64,000 nt of DNA from a virus. The stretch covers positions 1-64,000 of the IMG/VR virus record IMGVR_UViG_3300045988_144274, one strand, 5' to 3'. The translations under genes were made by a program, and so were the position numbers. Positions within the stretch are counted from its first letter, which is position 1, and every line of letters starts with the position of its first letter. This document shows, piece after piece, positions 62,663-64,000 of this stretch. The notes under the pieces are model-generated. The model searched no databases. It had not been told where the DNA came from and saw nothing but the letters and a program-made list of their open reading frames with translations.

Positions 62663-62822
62663 GTTTTAATTGCCAAGCATTTTCCCTAATCCAATCAATA
62701 TCTACCTCATGTGGGTCACGGTCTATAGCCCATGCTCCACATGAGGTATCATAAAACTCTCTTAATTGTTCATACGTAAGCTCATTTTTTACTTTTTTTT
62801 CTTCTTCAATTTTCTTTTCCAT
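62604..62822 (-). CDS. Hypothetical protein (3' end overlaps the KTSC gene convergently by 59 nt)
   Basis: 72-aa ORF. The first gene inside the right end of the transposon. Confidence 0.4.
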   Translation of the reverse strand: MEKKIEEEKKVKNELTYEQLREFYDTSCGAWAIDRDPHEVDIDWIRENAWQLKPIDKSLLCTDCKTCPLKER

Positions 62823-62878
62823 AATCTTTATTTTTTAATTGTTATTACTTTTTGTTATGACCTAAACACTAGTGTCGG

Positions 62879-62894
62879 GTCGTATATAAGTGCC
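62879..62894. repeat. Right terminal inverted repeat core (16 bp perfect)
   Basis: gtcgtatataagtgcc is the reverse complement of 58241-58256. Confidence 0.85.
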
Positions 62895-62902
62895 TCTTTT
62901 AT
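62895..62902. repeat. Right 8-bp target-site duplication TCTTTTAT
   Basis: Identical to 58233-58240. Confidence 0.8.
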
Positions 62903-62926
62903 TTATAATTGTTCTTTTTTTCATGA

Positions 62927-63142
62927 TTACATATTTTCTTTAATAACGTTACCGCTTAAATTCCATTCATCGAATGTGTCTAGTATAATTTCCTCTGTTT
63001 TTCTTTCCGAAATTATAATACGGTCGCTATATAAACCGCTAATATCAGACCCTCCGCTACATGTAAATATTATATTTACGTTATACTCGTCTAACAAACT
63101 AGCTAATTTTGTTAGAAACTCTTTTCTTTTTTCTTCACTCAT
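62927..63142 (-). CDS. Hypothetical protein
   Basis: Operon context. Confidence 0.5.
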   Translation of the reverse strand: MSEEKRKEFLTKLASLLDEYNVNIIFTCSGGSDISGLYSDRIIISERKTEEIILDTFDEWNLSGNVIKENM

Positions 63143-63446
63143 TGGTAAAATCTTTATTTTCTATCAAATTAGGTTCGTGCCTTTCCAAAAAAGATATTAA
63201 TTCTTTGTAAGACGTATTATTATCTATAGCACAAGATAGCGAATAATTAAACTTACCTTTATACATTTTGGGCTTCAATTCGCCTAGATTATTAAAATAC
63301 ATTTGTCTAACTGATACAAATAATTTACTTTGTAAATATTTGGAAAAAGACACAATATGATCACAAATAGATACAATGTTATTATTATAAACGTTACTAT
63401 AAACTAGTTCGTTATCTCTATAAATATCTAATTTAAATGCTTTCAT
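63135..63446 (-). CDS. Hypothetical protein
   Basis: Operon context. Confidence 0.5.
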   Translation of the reverse strand: MKAFKLDIYRDNELVYSNVYNNNIVSICDHIVSFSKYLQSKLFVSVRQMYFNNLGELKPKMYKGKFNYSLSCAIDNNTSYKELISFLERHEPNLIENKDFTNE

Positions 63447-63565
63447 GACTTTCTTTTTTATTTGGTTAGCAAAATATAATTCCTAATATATACAATACTA
63501 AAAGTATTCCATATAAAGCGGAAAAGCCTTTTATTATCTCTTTAAATTCTTTCCGTTCCATAAAA

Positions 63566-63814
63566 TTAAAATTTCATTCTCGATAATATTTCTATATTTT
63601 TATAGCCTCTATTTTTTAAATAGTCTAGTAATTCACTTGTATTATACCCTTTTGCTGGTTTACATTCTCTTATATAGGTACTGTCAGCCTCAAAGTGCAT
63701 GTTATCATACAAAGAATATACTAAAAAATTATCATTAATTAGCTTTTCTATAAACACGGCAATAATTTCACCGTCTCGTGTTATTCTAAAATTTACTTTT
63801 GTTTTCATTTCCAT
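63566..63814 (-). CDS. Hypothetical protein
   Basis: Operon context. Confidence 0.5.
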   Translation of the reverse strand: MEMKTKVNFRITRDGEIIAVFIEKLINDNFLVYSLYDNMHFEADSTYIRECKPAKGYNTSELLDYLKNRGYKNIEILSRMKF

Positions 63815-63996
63815 TATTTATTAAAACGTTTCCTACAGTAATCGAAAGCCTCGCCGGATAAACTATTGCTAAAGCCCCTTTTATCAATGTAAAAACATTG
63901 AAACAAACTAGTATCTCCGTAATTATTTACAAGGTTATGAAACATTTGTTTTTGCGCTTTCTTTGTTGCAAAACAATATTTGGAAAAGTTTTGCAA
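63814..63996 (-). CDS. Hypothetical protein (may extend beyond the window)
   Basis: ORF at the window edge. Confidence 0.4.
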   Translation of the reverse strand: MQNFSKYCFATKKAQKQMFHNLVNNYGDTSLFQCFYIDKRGFSNSLSGEAFDYCRKRFNK

Positions 63997-64000
63997 TACC

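Larger units (their letters stand above)
58241..62894. mobile_element. 4654-bp cargo transposon with terminal IRs, an 8-bp TSD and an IS1595-family transposase
   Basis: The termini GGCACTTATATACGAC (58241-58256) and its exact reverse complement (62879-62894), with weaker similarity over ~55 nt. Flanked by TCTTTTAT direct repeats. The only DDE transposase inside is IS1595-type. Confidence 0.75.

Noticed and set aside
1-64000. Searched for a CRISPR array, a diversity-generating retroelement (RT plus TR/VR near the fibre genes), rRNA/tRNA genes and an integrase
   Set aside because: By eye I saw no regularly spaced direct repeats, no ORF with reverse-transcriptase motifs, no cloverleaf-like sequence and no tyrosine or large serine integrase-sized ORF. 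A computational scan (tRNAscan-SE, minced) would be needed to be sure.

Overview
AT-rich, gene-dense tailed-phage or prophage segment. The host is probably Bacteroidota. I infer this from Cys-Lys/Ser-Asp lipoprotein signals, the DUF3127/DUF4494 pair, a TIGR02757-like protein and TTTG-N19-TAnnTTTG promoter-like boxes. No database search was possible, so all family names come from motifs I recognise. Layout: (1) 1-16483, minus strand: a tail-fibre/baseplate cluster, then portal and large terminase. (2) 16646-28080, plus strand: scaffold, capsid, head-tail joining, major tail, chaperone pair and a 1933-aa tape measure. (3) 28350-32507: a DnaA-C-like HTH regulator and a block of unusual low-complexity or membrane proteins. 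(4) 32517-52927, minus strand: early/replication-recombination genes, including a dUTPase-like protein, a TIGR02757-like fusion, a Dam methylase, a RuvC-like resolvase, an MBL-fold hydrolase, RecT, a KilAC antirepressor, a DUF3127 SSB-like protein and a Rad50/SbcC-like ATPase. (5) 52928-64000: an accessory region. Four observations stand out. (a) A perfect 56-bp inverted repeat brackets two opposed, in-frame tail-fibre C-terminal cassettes, giving a Mu G-segment-like host-range switch; a small serine recombinase lies 55 kb away. (b) A 4654-bp cargo transposon has terminal inverted repeats, an exact 8-bp target-site duplication (TCTTTTAT) and an IS1595-type transposase. (c) Inside that transposon, a ~150-nt nested-helix RNA leader has a P1/terminator overlap typical of an ON riboswitch, upstream of a lipoprotein operon. 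(d) An apparently intact TnpB sits next to a 620-bp structured non-coding region. I found no rRNA, tRNA, CRISPR array, reverse transcriptase or integrase.
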